Shown one piece after another: positions 1 through 10,650 of a DNA stretch of 64,000 nt; position 1 is the first letter of the stretch, and the number at the start of each line of letters is the position of its first letter. This DNA comes from Candidatus Bathyarchaeia archaeon (GTDB lineage: Archaea > Thermoproteota > Bathyarchaeia > Bathyarchaeales > Bathycorpusculaceae): contig JBEKGO010000022.1 in the NCBI GenBank assembly GCA_050012755.1, positions 14,885 to 78,884 of the forward strand, given 5' to 3'. The position numbers were made by a program, and so were the translations under genes. The notes under the pieces were generated by a model. The model was not told where the DNA came from. It was given only the letters and a program-made list of their open reading frames with translations, and did no database searches.

Positions 1-309
1 ATAGAGGGCAGAAGTTATTGCTCGAATGTAGGGTGTAAGAATTAGAATTATAAGCCCTAATGTTATGTACAAGAGAGCGTTTTGGGAACCAAATAAGTTT
101 CGGAACTGGTCAATTATGAAGGCAAAAAAGTTTTGTCCACTAATAAACACGCTTTTGTCCTGTGAAATCTGCACATTTCCATATGTTCTATAGAAGAGCG
201 CCATGCCGATAACTTCGAACACTACGCTGACTAGAACGCCGATTATCAGTATGTAGCTTATGATTGTTTCCAGTTTTGATTCGCCGCTACCCAAGCTTGG
301 TGTGGTCAT
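1..309 (-). CDS. DUF1634-like membrane protein (partial, runs off window start)
   Basis: Hand translation from ATG at 309 gives MTTPSLGSGESKLETIISYILIIGVLVSVVFEVIG...LGLIILILTPYIRAITS. ATGA overlap with the TSUP gene stop; LxTPxxR motif and TSUP pairing are typical of DUF1634. Confidence 0.75.
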   Translation of the reverse strand, partial: MTTPSLGSGESKLETIISYILIIGVLVSVVFEVIGMALFYRTYGNVQISQDKSVFISGQNFFAFIIDQFRNLFGSQNALLYITLGLIILILTPYIRAITSALY

Positions 310-1133
310 AAGGCGGTTACTCCTTTGTAGAGCATCTGAATAATCAGCAAGGCTACAACTATGAGGAATAATATTCTGAGGTTTCTGTCGCGGATTTTGT
401 TTAAAACTCTTCCGCCAACCACTGCACCAACTGTTACGCCTACAGCCATTGGCGCCATCAAAGTCACATTTAAAAGACCAGAAAAAAGATAAACGCTTAC
501 GCCAGCCAACGCAGTCATTCCTATTATGAAGGTGCTCGTAGCACTTGAGACTTTAGCAGGCATTTTTAGGACTTTTTCATGAACGATAACTTTGAAAGCA
601 CCTGCGCCGATTCCAAGCATTCCCGCGGCAAACCCAGCCACAAACATGCCTAAGCCACCCAACATCGAGTTTGTGCATCTGTACTTGATTACTTGTTTTG
701 TTGATTGGTCGTAGTAGCTTCCTTCAAGGCCAAGCCACCTTGAAATCCTATCTTGTTTTTCAGGGAGCTTGTAGGCTTTGAATGAGCTTCTTATTTTGAC
801 GAAGGAAGTAAGCAGAAAAGCTGCGAAGAGGAAGTACAGGAAGATTGGCGCAATTATAACGGTTATTGTTGCTCCTGCGATGGCGCCGATGATCGTAAAC
901 ATTTCGAGGTACATAGCGATTTTGATGTTGGTTATTTTCTGTTTGACAAATGATGAGGCTGACCCACTAGATGTAGCGATTATAGCGACCATGCCGCATG
1001 CCACTGCCTCCTTAACGGGTATGCCTAGTAAAACCAAGATTGGCGTTAAGATACTGGCGCCGCCTAGACCTGTAAGAGAACCTAATAGTCCAACAGCGAT
1101 AGAAATTAGGAGCAGCGAAACCATGTCAAGCAA
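306..1133 (-). CDS. Sulfite exporter TauE/SafE (TSUP) family transporter
   Basis: GSLTGLGGASILTP and AGMLGIGAGAFKV repeat motifs; about 8 TM helices. Confidence 0.9.
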   Translation of the reverse strand: MLDMVSLLLISIAVGLLGSLTGLGGASILTPILVLLGIPVKEAVACGMVAIIATSSGSASSFVKQKITNIKIAMYLEMFTIIGAIAGATITVIIAPIFLYFLFAAFLLTSFVKIRSSFKAYKLPEKQDRISRWLGLEGSYYDQSTKQVIKYRCTNSMLGGLGMFVAGFAAGMLGIGAGAFKVIVHEKVLKMPAKVSSATSTFIIGMTALAGVSVYLFSGLLNVTLMAPMAVGVTVGAVVGGRVLNKIRDRNLRILFLIVVALLIIQMLYKGVTAL

Positions 1134-1276
1134 AGCATTTTCCCGCCATTAAATTGAATATTGAACTTATTAAATGCACAATTCAGTTTCTATATAGGAA
1201 CAAACCGATTTAGTTTTTGAATCGAGACGTGCAGCAATAAGAGAATATTTCCTCTTTTTGAAAAGCTTAATTCAAA

Positions 1277-1590
1277 TTGCTTTTTTGGTTTAGGGTTTGT
1301 TTTGTTTGTAGGTTGCGTCTCTAAATGTAAGGAAATGTAAGAATCTGTAAAAGAATGTAAAAATTTGTAAAAAAATGTAAGAAAAAGGAAGAAAAACGGT
1401 TGGTCTATTGTGTCTCGAATCAGTTATTGACGGGTTTTTGTGCAGTTTCTGTTCTGTTTGTTTTGGGTTGCTTTTTTGATTTGGATCTTAAATTGTTTGC
1501 AGGTTGAGTCCAAAAAAGTCGGAAAAAGTCCAAAAAAGTCTAAATAAGTCGAAAAAAGTCAAAGAAAGTGAACAAATAAAGAAAAAGTCT
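1277..1590. repeat. Duplicated 43-bp leader, each copy followed by a 10-bp-period tandem array
   Basis: 1277-1319 and 1468-1510 match at 33/43 with no gaps. Array 1 is NNNNNTGTAA x6 (1321-1380). Array 2 is NNNNNNAGTC x6 plus a degenerate unit (1501-1570), with further copies to about 1590. Confidence 0.85.
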
Positions 1591-1599
1591 AGCCACAAG

Positions 1600-3204
1600 T
1601 CAGGCTTGTTTGAATTCCTCTCGGATTTTCATCTGTCTTCGTTTAAGGTTGTAACTTAGCGAAAAGTCATGTGTCGCATCGCGGATTTTTCTCAGCAAAA
1701 GCATCATTCGACTGTTCCGGTCAAAACTCTTTGGTGCAGGATCATCTGGCAAGTAAATTTCTTCATGTTCCTTAGCTAGACCGATCAGCGGAATCTTCAA
1801 TCCCAAAGTATCAAGTGCCGCTTTTGCAGCGCTCACTTGCCCAGGTCCACCATCAATCATCACTAAGTCAGGCAGCGGGCTTTTCTCCTCAACCGAACGT
1901 TTGTACCTTCGCGAAACAACCTCGTTCACCGACGCAAAATCATCCTGCCCCACGAAGGTTTTGATTTTGAATTTTCGGTAGTTCTTCTTGTCAGGCTTCG
2001 TATCCCTGAAAGCAACCATACCTGAAACTACATGTTCTTGCCCCAAATTGGAAATGTCAAAAGACTCAATCACACGCGGCAACACTGGAAGATTAAGCGC
2101 TGCTTGCAAATCCACTAGGGCACTGTCAACTTCTAAAGTAGACTCCAAATTCTTCTCCGCCAACTGCACAAGCGCCAATTTATCAGCTCGCCGAGGAATT
2201 GTCAATGAAACAGGTGCATTCCGTTTTGCTGAAAGAAATTCTTCAAGAGCCTTTTTCTCTTCTGCACCCTCCCAAACGGGTTTGTTTAACAAAATCTCTC
2301 GGGGAATCTGGCTAGTCGCGTAAAAAGCTTTCAAAAATTCCTGCTCAATCTGAGGCTGCAGATCAACGGTAAACTGGTTTTTGCCACGCAAAACGCCTTT
2401 GCGGACACCCATTTGGACTGCCAACATTTTCTCGCCAACCCGCTTGAAAGCCATAACATCTTGGTCAAACCGCCTTTCATGGTCAACGATCTGGTGCTGA
2501 GTCAGAAGCCTAATCGATGCAACTTGGTTGCGAAGATCAAGCGCAGTTTCATATTGCTTTTGTGCTGACGCTGTATGCATTTGAGAGGTGAGTTCCTCGA
2601 TTGTTTTCTGGTAATTGCCATTAAGTAAGGAACGTGCACCCTTAACTTGCTCTGCATATTGTTCAGCAGTGACTTTGTCGATGCATGGTGCAGTGCAAAT
2701 ATGGATGTGAAAGTTTAGGCAAGCACGTTTATGCATTGTCTTGCATGTACGCAGTTTAAACACTCTTACTACCAAGCGCTGGAGGTCTTGCCGTATGAAA
2801 CCTTCAGTGTATGGCCCAAAAGATTCAAGTTTACGTGAAACCTTGCGGCTCATCAATATTCTCGGGTATGGTTCTCTTGTAAGTGAGATATATGCGAAGG
2901 TTTTAGCGTCTTTAAGGTCAATATTATATTTTGGCGTATGCTGCTTAACCAGCTTGTTTTCCAAGAGCAGCGCTTCAACTTCGTTGTTGACGATAATCCA
3001 GTCGATATTTCTAATATGGGAAACTAGTTGTCGGGTTTTTGCTGGTTGATCTGAAGTTGAAAAGTAGCTTTTGACTCGTGAGCGGAGACTTTTAGCTTTG
3101 CCAATGTAGAGGATTTCGCCTGTTTCGTCCTTGTACAAGTAGACGCCGGGATTGGTTGGTATGTTTTGGCTTCTAAAATCTTTAGGGCACGTGATTTTGA
3201 TCAT
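1600..3204 (-). CDS. uvrC: Excinuclease ABC subunit C (no C-terminal HhH domain)
   Basis: GIY-YIG (GVYLY...YIGKAKSLRSRV), Cys cluster, UVR domain, RNase H-like FDIS/DDF/IDGG motifs; downstream of uvrA. Confidence 0.95.
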   Translation of the reverse strand: MIKITCPKDFRSQNIPTNPGVYLYKDETGEILYIGKAKSLRSRVKSYFSTSDQPAKTRQLVSHIRNIDWIIVNNEVEALLLENKLVKQHTPKYNIDLKDAKTFAYISLTREPYPRILMSRKVSRKLESFGPYTEGFIRQDLQRLVVRVFKLRTCKTMHKRACLNFHIHICTAPCIDKVTAEQYAEQVKGARSLLNGNYQKTIEELTSQMHTASAQKQYETALDLRNQVASIRLLTQHQIVDHERRFDQDVMAFKRVGEKMLAVQMGVRKGVLRGKNQFTVDLQPQIEQEFLKAFYATSQIPREILLNKPVWEGAEEKKALEEFLSAKRNAPVSLTIPRRADKLALVQLAEKNLESTLEVDSALVDLQAALNLPVLPRVIESFDISNLGQEHVVSGMVAFRDTKPDKKNYRKFKIKTFVGQDDFASVNEVVSRRYKRSVEEKSPLPDLVMIDGGPGQVSAAKAALDTLGLKIPLIGLAKEHEEIYLPDDPAPKSFDRNSRMMLLLRKIRDATHDFSLSYNLKRRQMKIREEFKQA

Positions 3205-6098
3205 GCAGTCTGCTTCACTGTCAAAATAGTTTCTTCTTGCTGATGGTTAAGTATTTTCTTCAAAAACATTCCAGTGTAAGAAGCATCGTTTTGTGCGACT
3301 TCTTCAGGTGTTCCCTGAGCCAAGAGCTCGCCGCCAGCAGCTCCACCTTCGGGACCCAAATCGACCAGGTAGTCGCAGCTCTTAATCACATCTAAGTTGT
3401 GCTCGATGATATAGACGGTATTGCCGTTGTCAACTAGCCGATTCAAAACTTTAATCAACCGTTTAGTGTCATCAAAATGCAGACCCGTAGTCGGCTCGTC
3501 AAGCATGTAAACTACATGTCCCTTCTTGTTTTTGCTTAGTTCACGAGTGATTTTTATGCGTTGACTTTCTCCGCCTGACAAAGTCGTTGAGCTTTGCCCC
3601 AGCTTAATGTAACCTAACCCAACTTCCAGCAATGTGCCAAGTTTTCGTGAGACTCTTGGAGTGTTCTCGAAGAATTTGGCTGCTTCCTCCACGGTCATAT
3701 CCAACACTTCAGCTATGTTTTTGCCCTTGAAAAGAATACCAAGTGTTTCTTTGTTGTATCGTTTACCTTTACACTCACTACATTGAACATAAACATCTGG
3801 AAGGAAGTTCATTTCAATACGCAGAACACCGTCACCTTGACAGGTTTCGCATCTGCCTCCCTTCACGTTGAAACTGAATCGCCCTTCTTTGTATCCTCTT
3901 GCTTTTGCCTCTTTGGTTGAAGCGAAAATACGCCTAATCTCATCGAAAAGTTTAGTGTAGGTTGCTGGGTTACTTCTTGGAGTTCTCCCGATTGGGTCTT
4001 GATCGATAACTATAACATTCCTGACGATTTCAGGAACTTCAATTGATTCGTGTTTCCCGATTTTATCGGTTTGTTCACCAAACATTTGCTTCAACGCAGG
4101 AATAACTGTCAAATTCATCAATGTGCTTTTGCCTGAGCCGGAAACGCCTGTAACTCCACATAGAACGCCCAGCGGCAGTTGCAAGTTTAGGTTTTTGAGG
4201 TTGTTTTCTTGTGCACCTTTAACGGTGATGTAACCGACGGGTTTACGCCTTGTGTCGGGGACTTCAATTTTTAGTTCGCCTGAGAGATATTTGCCTGTGA
4301 GGCTTCGCTTATTGAGCATAATTTCTTCAGGTGGTCCTTCGGCAACTACATGCCCACCATGGACTCCTGCACCCGGTCCCATGTCTACAATGTAATCAGC
4401 TTTACGTATGGTTTCCTCATCGTGTTCCACGATAATCAGTGTATTGCCTAAATCGCGTAAACGGTGAAGCGTGCTTATCAACTTGGCATTATCTCTTTGA
4501 TGTAAACCGATGCTGGGTTCATCAAGGATATACAGTACACCCATCAGGTTACTGCCAATTTGTGTGGCTAAACGAATTCTTTGGGCTTCACCGCCTGAGA
4601 GTGTTTTTGCTGCTCTAGAAAGCGAAAGGTAGCTTAAACCAACATTTTTGAGAAAACCAAGTCGTTCATTGATTTCTTTGAGCACCTGTTTGGCAATGGC
4701 TAATTCTTTCTCGTTAAGTTGCTCTGCCAGATTGCCAAAGAAGGTAACTGCTTCCTCGATTGAAAGGTCTGTGGCATCAATAATGCTCTTGTCCAAGATT
4801 TTTACAGCAAGCACTACTGGCTGCAGTTTCTTGCCTTTGCATGAGTTGCAGGGCTTAGAAGTCATATAGTTCTCGATATCTTCTTTTCGCCATTGGCTCT
4901 CCGTTTGACGATAAAGCCTCATTGTTTGAGGAATTACGCCTTCCCAGCCGTCACGCATCCACATTGTTGCCCCATTTGACCATTGACCACTGACAGGCTC
5001 TCGGTCTCCGTACAAGAGCACATGCTGTTGCTCTTTTGTAAAATCTTTAATTGGAGTGAAAACGTCAAAGCCGTGTTTTTTGCCGACCATTGCAAGTTGT
5101 TGTGCACGCCAGCTAAGGTCCATACTTCCGTAAACGGCTAATGCGCCATCCATAATGGAGAGGTTTTTGTCTGGAATAACTTTGTCTTCTGAGATTTCTG
5201 TTATTTCGCCTAAGCCGTGACATGTTGGGCAAGCGCCAAAAGGCGAATTAAATGAGAACATGCGAGGCTCGAGGCTTTCAAACACTATTTCTGGATGGTT
5301 TGGGCATGCTCCAAAAGTGCTAAACATCGTTTCATCGGCGAACCGCTCAAGCTCCTTCTTTTCTTCGTAAGCTTTTTTGGCATCTATGACTATCATGGTA
5401 CCTTTGCCAACTTTAAGTGCTTGCTCAACGGCTTCAGAAATGCGGGAACGCTCATCATCAATAATGCTCACGGTATCAATGACTGCTTCAATCCAATGTT
5501 TCTCATAACGCACAAGCTTGACTTCTTCTTTGATGCAGTCTGAATCATAAATTTTCTGGTCTGCCCGGATTTTAGTGTAACCTTGTTTTTTTAAGTCATC
5601 AAAAATTTGCTCATGAGTGCCTTTTATGCCCCTTATTATTGGCGCCAAGAAAGTGAGGGTTTTTCCTTTTTCAGCCATTATTAAGCTGGTGATGTTTTCG
5701 GGACTTTGGGGATGAATTGAACTTCCACATTTTGGACAGTGATGTGTACCGATACGTGCAAAGAGCAATCTGAGGTAATCGTATATTTCTGTAACTGTGC
5801 CAACCGTTGAGCGGGGATTTTTGCTAGTGCTTTTTTGTTCGATGCTAATTGCCGGAGATAACCCGTCAATTGAGTCAACATCTGGCTTATCCATTAAACC
5901 TAGAAATTGTCTTGCATAAGCTGAGAGACTTTCAACATAACGCCGTTGCCCTTCAGCATAAATGGTGTCAAAGGCAAGGGTTGATTTCCCTGAGCCTGAA
6001 AGCCCAGTAATCACTATAAACTTGTTTCTGGGCAACTCCACATCAATATTTTTGAGGTTATGCTCCCTTGCGCCCTTAATTGAAATATTATCTCTCAT
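3201..6098 (-). CDS. uvrA: Excinuclease ABC subunit A
   Basis: Two ABC cassettes ([27 protein letters not shown]), GAREHNLKN, zinc fingers. Confidence 0.98.
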   Translation of the reverse strand: MRDNISIKGAREHNLKNIDVELPRNKFIVITGLSGSGKSTLAFDTIYAEGQRRYVESLSAYARQFLGLMDKPDVDSIDGLSPAISIEQKSTSKNPRSTVGTVTEIYDYLRLLFARIGTHHCPKCGSSIHPQSPENITSLIMAEKGKTLTFLAPIIRGIKGTHEQIFDDLKKQGYTKIRADQKIYDSDCIKEEVKLVRYEKHWIEAVIDTVSIIDDERSRISEAVEQALKVGKGTMIVIDAKKAYEEKKELERFADETMFSTFGACPNHPEIVFESLEPRMFSFNSPFGACPTCHGLGEITEISEDKVIPDKNLSIMDGALAVYGSMDLSWRAQQLAMVGKKHGFDVFTPIKDFTKEQQHVLLYGDREPVSGQWSNGATMWMRDGWEGVIPQTMRLYRQTESQWRKEDIENYMTSKPCNSCKGKKLQPVVLAVKILDKSIIDATDLSIEEAVTFFGNLAEQLNEKELAIAKQVLKEINERLGFLKNVGLSYLSLSRAAKTLSGGEAQRIRLATQIGSNLMGVLYILDEPSIGLHQRDNAKLISTLHRLRDLGNTLIIVEHDEETIRKADYIVDMGPGAGVHGGHVVAEGPPEEIMLNKRSLTGKYLSGELKIEVPDTRRKPVGYITVKGAQENNLKNLNLQLPLGVLCGVTGVSGSGKSTLMNLTVIPALKQMFGEQTDKIGKHESIEVPEIVRNVIVIDQDPIGRTPRSNPATYTKLFDEIRRIFASTKEAKARGYKEGRFSFNVKGGRCETCQGDGVLRIEMNFLPDVYVQCSECKGKRYNKETLGILFKGKNIAEVLDMTVEEAAKFFENTPRVSRKLGTLLEVGLGYIKLGQSSTTLSGGESQRIKITRELSKNKKGHVVYMLDEPTTGLHFDDTKRLIKVLNRLVDNGNTVYIIEHNLDVIKSCDYLVDLGPEGGAAGGELLAQGTPEEVAQNDASYTGMFLKKILNHQQEETILTVKQTA

Positions 6099-6155
6099 AA
6101 CCTAAACCAGTTTCCTTCTCCGCTCGTAAATTATCCTTTTTACGCTTGAGGCTTT

Positions 6156-8135
6156 TCAACCTTTTTGCTTCAAAACCCTCAATTGCTGGGTATAATCTTC
6201 GCTTTCTAACTTATTTGCCAAAGCCCTATTCAGCTCTGCAATTGTATCTCTGAGTTCAATTGCCCGCTCAAAGTTTAATCGCTCTGCCGCTTCCCTCATC
6301 TGCGCATCCAACTCAATTAACTGCCGTTTGATGTCTGTTTTCGCAAGATGTTTTATCCCCTTTATAGTGCCCTCTTTCAAAGACACACCCTTAACGATCG
6401 TAGTCGGCGTGATATGATGAATTTCGTTGAAACGTTTCTGGAATGAACGCCTGTAACTGGTAATTTTCATAGCTCGCTTAATAGACGATGTTTCCACATC
6501 AGCGTAAAGAATTACTCTGCCGTTGACGTTTCTCGCGGCTCGACCAATAGTTTGGATAAGACTTCGCTCGTCCCGTAGGAAACCTTCCTTGTCAGCGTCC
6601 AAAATGAAGATGGTGGCAACCTCAGGAATGTCTAAACCTTCACGCAAAAGGTTAATGCCGACTAATATATCAAATTCGCCCACTCGCAGTTGCCGTACAA
6701 GTTCAATTCGGTCTAAGCTTTCAATTTCTGAATGCATGTATCTGACCCGGAAGCCTTCCTTTACAAGATAATCTGTTAAATCTTCAGCCATACGTTTTGT
6801 CAAGGTTGTGATTAGCACACGGTCGCCAGTCTCAATTGTTTTTTTGGCTTCAGTCATTAAATGTTGCATTTGTCCCGAGATTGGATGAACTTCAACCTCA
6901 GGATCCAAAAGACCCGTTGGCCGAGTAATTAATTCAACAGGCGGACCGCTTTTCTCCAGTTCATATTCGGCTGGAGTTGCTGAAACAAAGAGAACTTTGC
7001 CCATTTTTCGCTCAAATTCCTCAAATTTCAAGGGTCTGTTGTCTAGGGCGCTTGGGAGCCTAAAGCCGAAGTCGACGAGGTTCTTTTTTCTGGAGAAGTC
7101 ACCGTTGTACATGGCTCTTGATTGAGGAATAGTCTGGTGACTTTCATCAACAATTAAGAGGTAATCCTTTGGGAAATAATCAATCAAAGTGAAGGGTGGC
7201 TCCCCGGGTCTGCGTCCATCAAAGTGTCTGCTGTAATTTTCCATTCCAGCGCAGAAGCCGACTTCACGTATCATTTCTAAATCATAGTTTGTTCGTTGTT
7301 TGAGCCGTTGAGCTTCAAGTGGAGGAAGTTCAGGTAATCTGGATTCTAATTCTTGCTTAATAGCTTCAAGGGCGAGTGCATGCTTCTCTTCTGGAACCAC
7401 GTACTGTCGTGCGGGATAAAGCGTAACCTTATCAAGGGTTCCTTTAACATCGCCCGATATCAAATGCACTTCTTTGATTTTGCTAATTTCGTTTCCTGCA
7501 AGCTCAATTCTTATAATATCATTCTCGTAGGATGGCACGATGTCCAGGACGTCGCCGCGCACACGGAATCTGCCGGGTTCAAGTACCATGTCGTTGCGCT
7601 CGTACTGCATGTCCACTAGGGCATGGATGAGTTGTTGTCTTGTGTTTTGCTTTCCAACCTCCAACTGAATTGCCATGGTTCTGAAGTCGTCGGGGTTTCC
7701 AAGACTATAGATGCAGCTTATACTTGCAACAATTATGGTGTCGTTTCTGCTAACTACGCTCGATACAGCGTGCATCCGCATTTTTTCTATTTGCTCATTC
7801 ACGGACGAATCCTTTTCGATGTACATGTCTTGCGCTGGCAAATACGATTCAGGCTGATAAAAATCATAAAAAGAAATGAAGTATTCAACTCGATTATGTG
7901 GGAAAAGCTCTTTTAATTCCCCATAAAGCTGAGCAGCTAAAATCTTGTTGTGTGCAAGGACAAGGGTTGGTTTTTGGAGTTTGTTGATTAGGTTTGCCAT
8001 GACAAAGGTTTTGCCGCTGCCAGTGATTCCAAGAAGGGTTTGTTTTTGATTTGTAGCGAAGTTTTTCACTAACTTTTCAACTGCTGCAACTTGCCCTGGC
8101 GAGGCTTGAAATGGAGCGATAAGTTCAAACTGCAT
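6156..8135 (-). CDS. uvrB: Excinuclease ABC subunit B
   Basis: GITGSGKT, YQPESY, DESH, GINLLREGLD, QTIGRAARN, C-terminal UVR coil. Confidence 0.98.
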   Translation of the reverse strand: MQFELIAPFQASPGQVAAVEKLVKNFATNQKQTLLGITGSGKTFVMANLINKLQKPTLVLAHNKILAAQLYGELKELFPHNRVEYFISFYDFYQPESYLPAQDMYIEKDSSVNEQIEKMRMHAVSSVVSRNDTIIVASISCIYSLGNPDDFRTMAIQLEVGKQNTRQQLIHALVDMQYERNDMVLEPGRFRVRGDVLDIVPSYENDIIRIELAGNEISKIKEVHLISGDVKGTLDKVTLYPARQYVVPEEKHALALEAIKQELESRLPELPPLEAQRLKQRTNYDLEMIREVGFCAGMENYSRHFDGRRPGEPPFTLIDYFPKDYLLIVDESHQTIPQSRAMYNGDFSRKKNLVDFGFRLPSALDNRPLKFEEFERKMGKVLFVSATPAEYELEKSGPPVELITRPTGLLDPEVEVHPISGQMQHLMTEAKKTIETGDRVLITTLTKRMAEDLTDYLVKEGFRVRYMHSEIESLDRIELVRQLRVGEFDILVGINLLREGLDIPEVATIFILDADKEGFLRDERSLIQTIGRAARNVNGRVILYADVETSSIKRAMKITSYRRSFQKRFNEIHHITPTTIVKGVSLKEGTIKGIKHLAKTDIKRQLIELDAQMREAAERLNFERAIELRDTIAELNRALANKLESEDYTQQLRVLKQKG

Positions 8136-8212
8136 TGTACTTTGTCACAAACCAACAAGAAATGACTTCCAACTAGTAGAATTAATAAGTTTATTCTAGA
8201 AAGTCCAGAATT

Positions 8213-8520
8213 TCAGGCTTTATTGTTGTTTTGAGACGTTAACTTGTGGTTGTTGGCTCTTTTTCTTATTCGGTGAAACTGCCAGCGTTTTAAAACGAAA
8301 GCTGTCAATGCAGCTGCAAAGAGTGAATCATAGATTATCTGAATCGATAGGCTTTGAAAATTAGTGCCTCGCAGATTAGCATGGACCACTCCCATGAACA
8401 ACGCCAGGTACATTAGCGTGTGGAATGGAGGCTAGTATGATGAAATTTTTCTACGCAGAAGTACCGTTCCAAATGCTAAATAAATGAGAAGTAAGGCTAT
8501 GATGTTGCCAACAAAAAGAA
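8213..8520 (-). pseudogene. Remnant of a ferric-reductase-like (MsrQ-type) transmembrane protein
   Basis: Frame reads LFVGNIIALLLIYLAFGTVLLRRKISSY*PPFHTLMYLALFMGVVHA. TAG at 8432-8434 falls at the conserved Trp of the WxxLHxLxY...H motif; no intact 5' part found. Confidence 0.55.
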
Positions 8521-8609
8521 GAAACTACGAACAAAAATCAAAAATACAAACAGGCAAAGCAACAATCGCTTACCAAGAAAATAAAGAAAAGCGCTCTTAA
8601 CTAAGCGTT

Positions 8610-8909
8610 TTAGCCAACGGCTAGTTTTCCAAATTTTCCAACGTTAAGTTGAAGTTCGCCTTTAAAGCTGGTTATGTATCCGTTGTCAATTTTAACATTG
8701 TCACCGACGTTGACTTGGTCAATTTGCTCATTCCATAAAGTCAGTTTTATGCTACCTGACTCATCGGCAACCACAGCATCAACTATTCTGTAAGTTTCAT
8801 CTTTAAAACGTGATTTGACTTCTCGGGGGTCGCCTTTTTCAACAACTTTCGCTTCAACGCTAACCCGTTTCATTCCGTTCTGTAAATCTTTAATTGGTGT
8901 CACACTCAC
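8610..8909 (-). CDS. ssb: Single OB-fold single-stranded DNA-binding protein (SSB/RPA-like)
   Basis: IKDL...VADESGSIKLTLWNEQI...VGDNVKIDNGY...LNVGKFG. GTG start at 8909 follows an AGGTGA SD (ORF track starts at 8918). Confidence 0.9.
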   Translation of the reverse strand: MSVTPIKDLQNGMKRVSVEAKVVEKGDPREVKSRFKDETYRIVDAVVADESGSIKLTLWNEQIDQVNVGDNVKIDNGYITSFKGELQLNVGKFGKLAVG

Positions 8910-8971
8910 ACTTATCACCTAAATTTGATTTTTCCCTCTCAGGGTTTTCACTTGCAAAAGTGCCCTTCAAT

Positions 8972-8986
8972 CATATAAATCTTGCT
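8972..8986 (-). promoter_or_regulatory. BRE/TATA promoter of ssb
   Basis: Minus strand AGCAAGA-TTTATATG about 63-77 bp upstream of the start. Confidence 0.6.
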
Positions 8987-9151
8987 AACTTCGGTTCTGT
9001 CAACTCTTCGGTTATTTGTTTTCCATGTAAACTTTCGGTTACGTTCTGTTACCCTCTCCGACTGTTCCATCTTCATGTTTCTTTTCGTCTGCTAATTCAT
9101 GAAAGTAATAAATACTGAAACTAAACCATATTTCATAATTTGGAAATATCA

Positions 9152-9526
9152 ATGCCGAAATGTGAATTATGCGGAAAAGAAATACACTATCCCGAATTTC
9201 CATTCCGATGCCCTTACTGCCAAAAAACATTCTGCGCCGAACATCGAATACCTGAAAGTCACGCATGTACAAATACACCTTTTTTAGCGCCTACTCTAAC
9301 TTCGACAAAAACATGGGAACCATTTATGTGCCCAAATTGCGAAGCTCAAGAGAAAGATTGCGACATCACATATTATGATGCGGAAATAGTTACTTTCAAG
9401 TGCCGAGAATGTGGTAATAAATGGACTCAAAAAAAGGGCAATTATGAACATGTTGAATTAAGAGAGCATTTAGATAAGAAAGAAAATGAAACTGAAAAAC
9501 CGAAAAAGAGATTTCATTTCTTTTGA
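9152..9526 (+). CDS. AN1-type zinc finger plus zinc ribbon protein (transposon cargo)
   Basis: CELCG...PFRCPYCQKTFCAEHRIPESHAC fits the AN1 consensus; second CPNC...CRECG ribbon. ATG at 9152 (ORF track starts at 9140). Confidence 0.85.
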   Translation: MPKCELCGKEIHYPEFPFRCPYCQKTFCAEHRIPESHACTNTPFLAPTLTSTKTWEPFMCPNCEAQEKDCDITYYDAEIVTFKCRECGNKWTQKKGNYEHVELREHLDKKENETEKPKKRFHFF

Positions 9527-10650
9527 GTTGTTTTGGAGGAGCACGCGTTTTGAATGAGCGTTAGCCATTTGTTTTTTCCTTCTATTGCTATTCCACATGC
9601 TTCGCTCGGAGTTTTTCCGTCTAATGCTTCATGCGGTCTAATGAAGTTATGATAAAGTTGGCAACCTTGAAGAATTGCTGTATCAGTTGTCTTTAGTCCT
9701 CGCATAGTCTTTTCTCTATCTCGGATTTCTCCGTTCATGCGTTCCATTTTGTTATTATTGTGATTGCCTTTTAAAGTGATATGCCTAATGTGTTTGGTTC
9801 TAGGTCCTTTCATTGTCCACCACTCTTTGCCATATGCAACATGGTAAGAGTGTAGTCCATCAGTTATGAAAGTCATGGGTTTTTTTCCCATTAGTTCTTG
9901 AGACATACGTAATAGATTTCTTGCGTCATGTTTGTCTTTGGTGTCAGCTACTTCTTGGGCTATCCAGAAACGTGTTTGGTCATCCATCATTGAAAAGAGA
10001 TATTTCATGTTGCCTTTTACCTTTAGATAAATTTCGTCTGCTCTCCAAGTATCGCCAACATTAGGAACCAGTTTATCAGCGTAATTCTTCATTAAAGCAA
10101 CATATTTTTTAATCCAATTAAAAACCGTTTGATGCGAAACTTCCACTCCTAAAAGTTTGAGTGACTCCATTGTATTTCTTAAGCTCTCTCCAGAGAAATA
10201 AAGTTGCATAGCAGAGGTTATCGCTTGAGGATTATGCTTCATCCGTTCAAAACCAAGATTCACACTAAAGGTTTTACCGCAATCTTCACATAAGAACCGT
10301 TGAATATTTCCACTCTTGTTTTTTCTAACACTAAATTTTTTGATGTTTGCTGAGTGGCAAAAAGTGCAAGATGAAACATTAACCTCTTGAATGACAACAT
10401 TCTTTCTGACCTCTGCCTTCAGTTTTTGGCTAAAGTCTACTGCAAAAATATGTTTACACTTGACATGGCGATACATAGCATCTGGGCAATCACACATCAA
10501 TTCACCGTTGACTCTATTAACGGTATATTCGCCATTGTTGGATTGTGATTTGACAATATAGAGGCAATCATCGATTTGTTTTACTTGACCGTTTAATTGT
10601 GCGATTGTTTGACCTCGTTCTTGTCTTGTGGTTGTTAGTTGGTTTGTCAT
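9514..10650 (-). CDS. IS6-family (IS240-like) DDE transposase with N-terminal SWIM and Zn-ribbon domains
   Basis: CDCPD...CKH (SWIM), CTFC...CEDC, HTH SHQTVFNWIKKY, WRADE / ITDGL / NNKMER triad, HNFIRPHEAL..KTP. Confidence 0.92.
   Translation of the reverse strand: MTNQLTTTRQERGQTIAQLNGQVKQIDDCLYIVKSQSNNGEYTVNRVNGELMCDCPDAMYRHVKCKHIFAVDFSQKLKAEVRKNVVIQEVNVSSCTFCHSANIKKFSVRKNKSGNIQRFLCEDCGKTFSVNLGFERMKHNPQAITSAMQLYFSGESLRNTMESLKLLGVEVSHQTVFNWIKKYVALMKNYADKLVPNVGDTWRADEIYLKVKGNMKYLFSMMDDQTRFWIAQEVADTKDKHDARNLLRMSQELMGKKPMTFITDGLHSYHVAYGKEWWTMKGPRTKHIRHITLKGNHNNNKMERMNGEIRDREKTMRGLKTTDTAILQGCQLYHNFIRPHEALDGKTPSEACGIAIEGKNKWLTLIQNACSSKTTQKK

Noticed and set aside
1321-1590. Repeat arrays as a CRISPR
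   Set aside because: Units are 10 bp with 4-5 bp cores; there are no 25-40 bp repeats with unique spacers and no cas genes.
8432-8434. In-frame TAG as pyrrolysine readthrough
   Set aside because: It falls at a conserved Trp (TGG to TAG is one change), the 5' part of the gene is missing, and no pyl genes are in the window.
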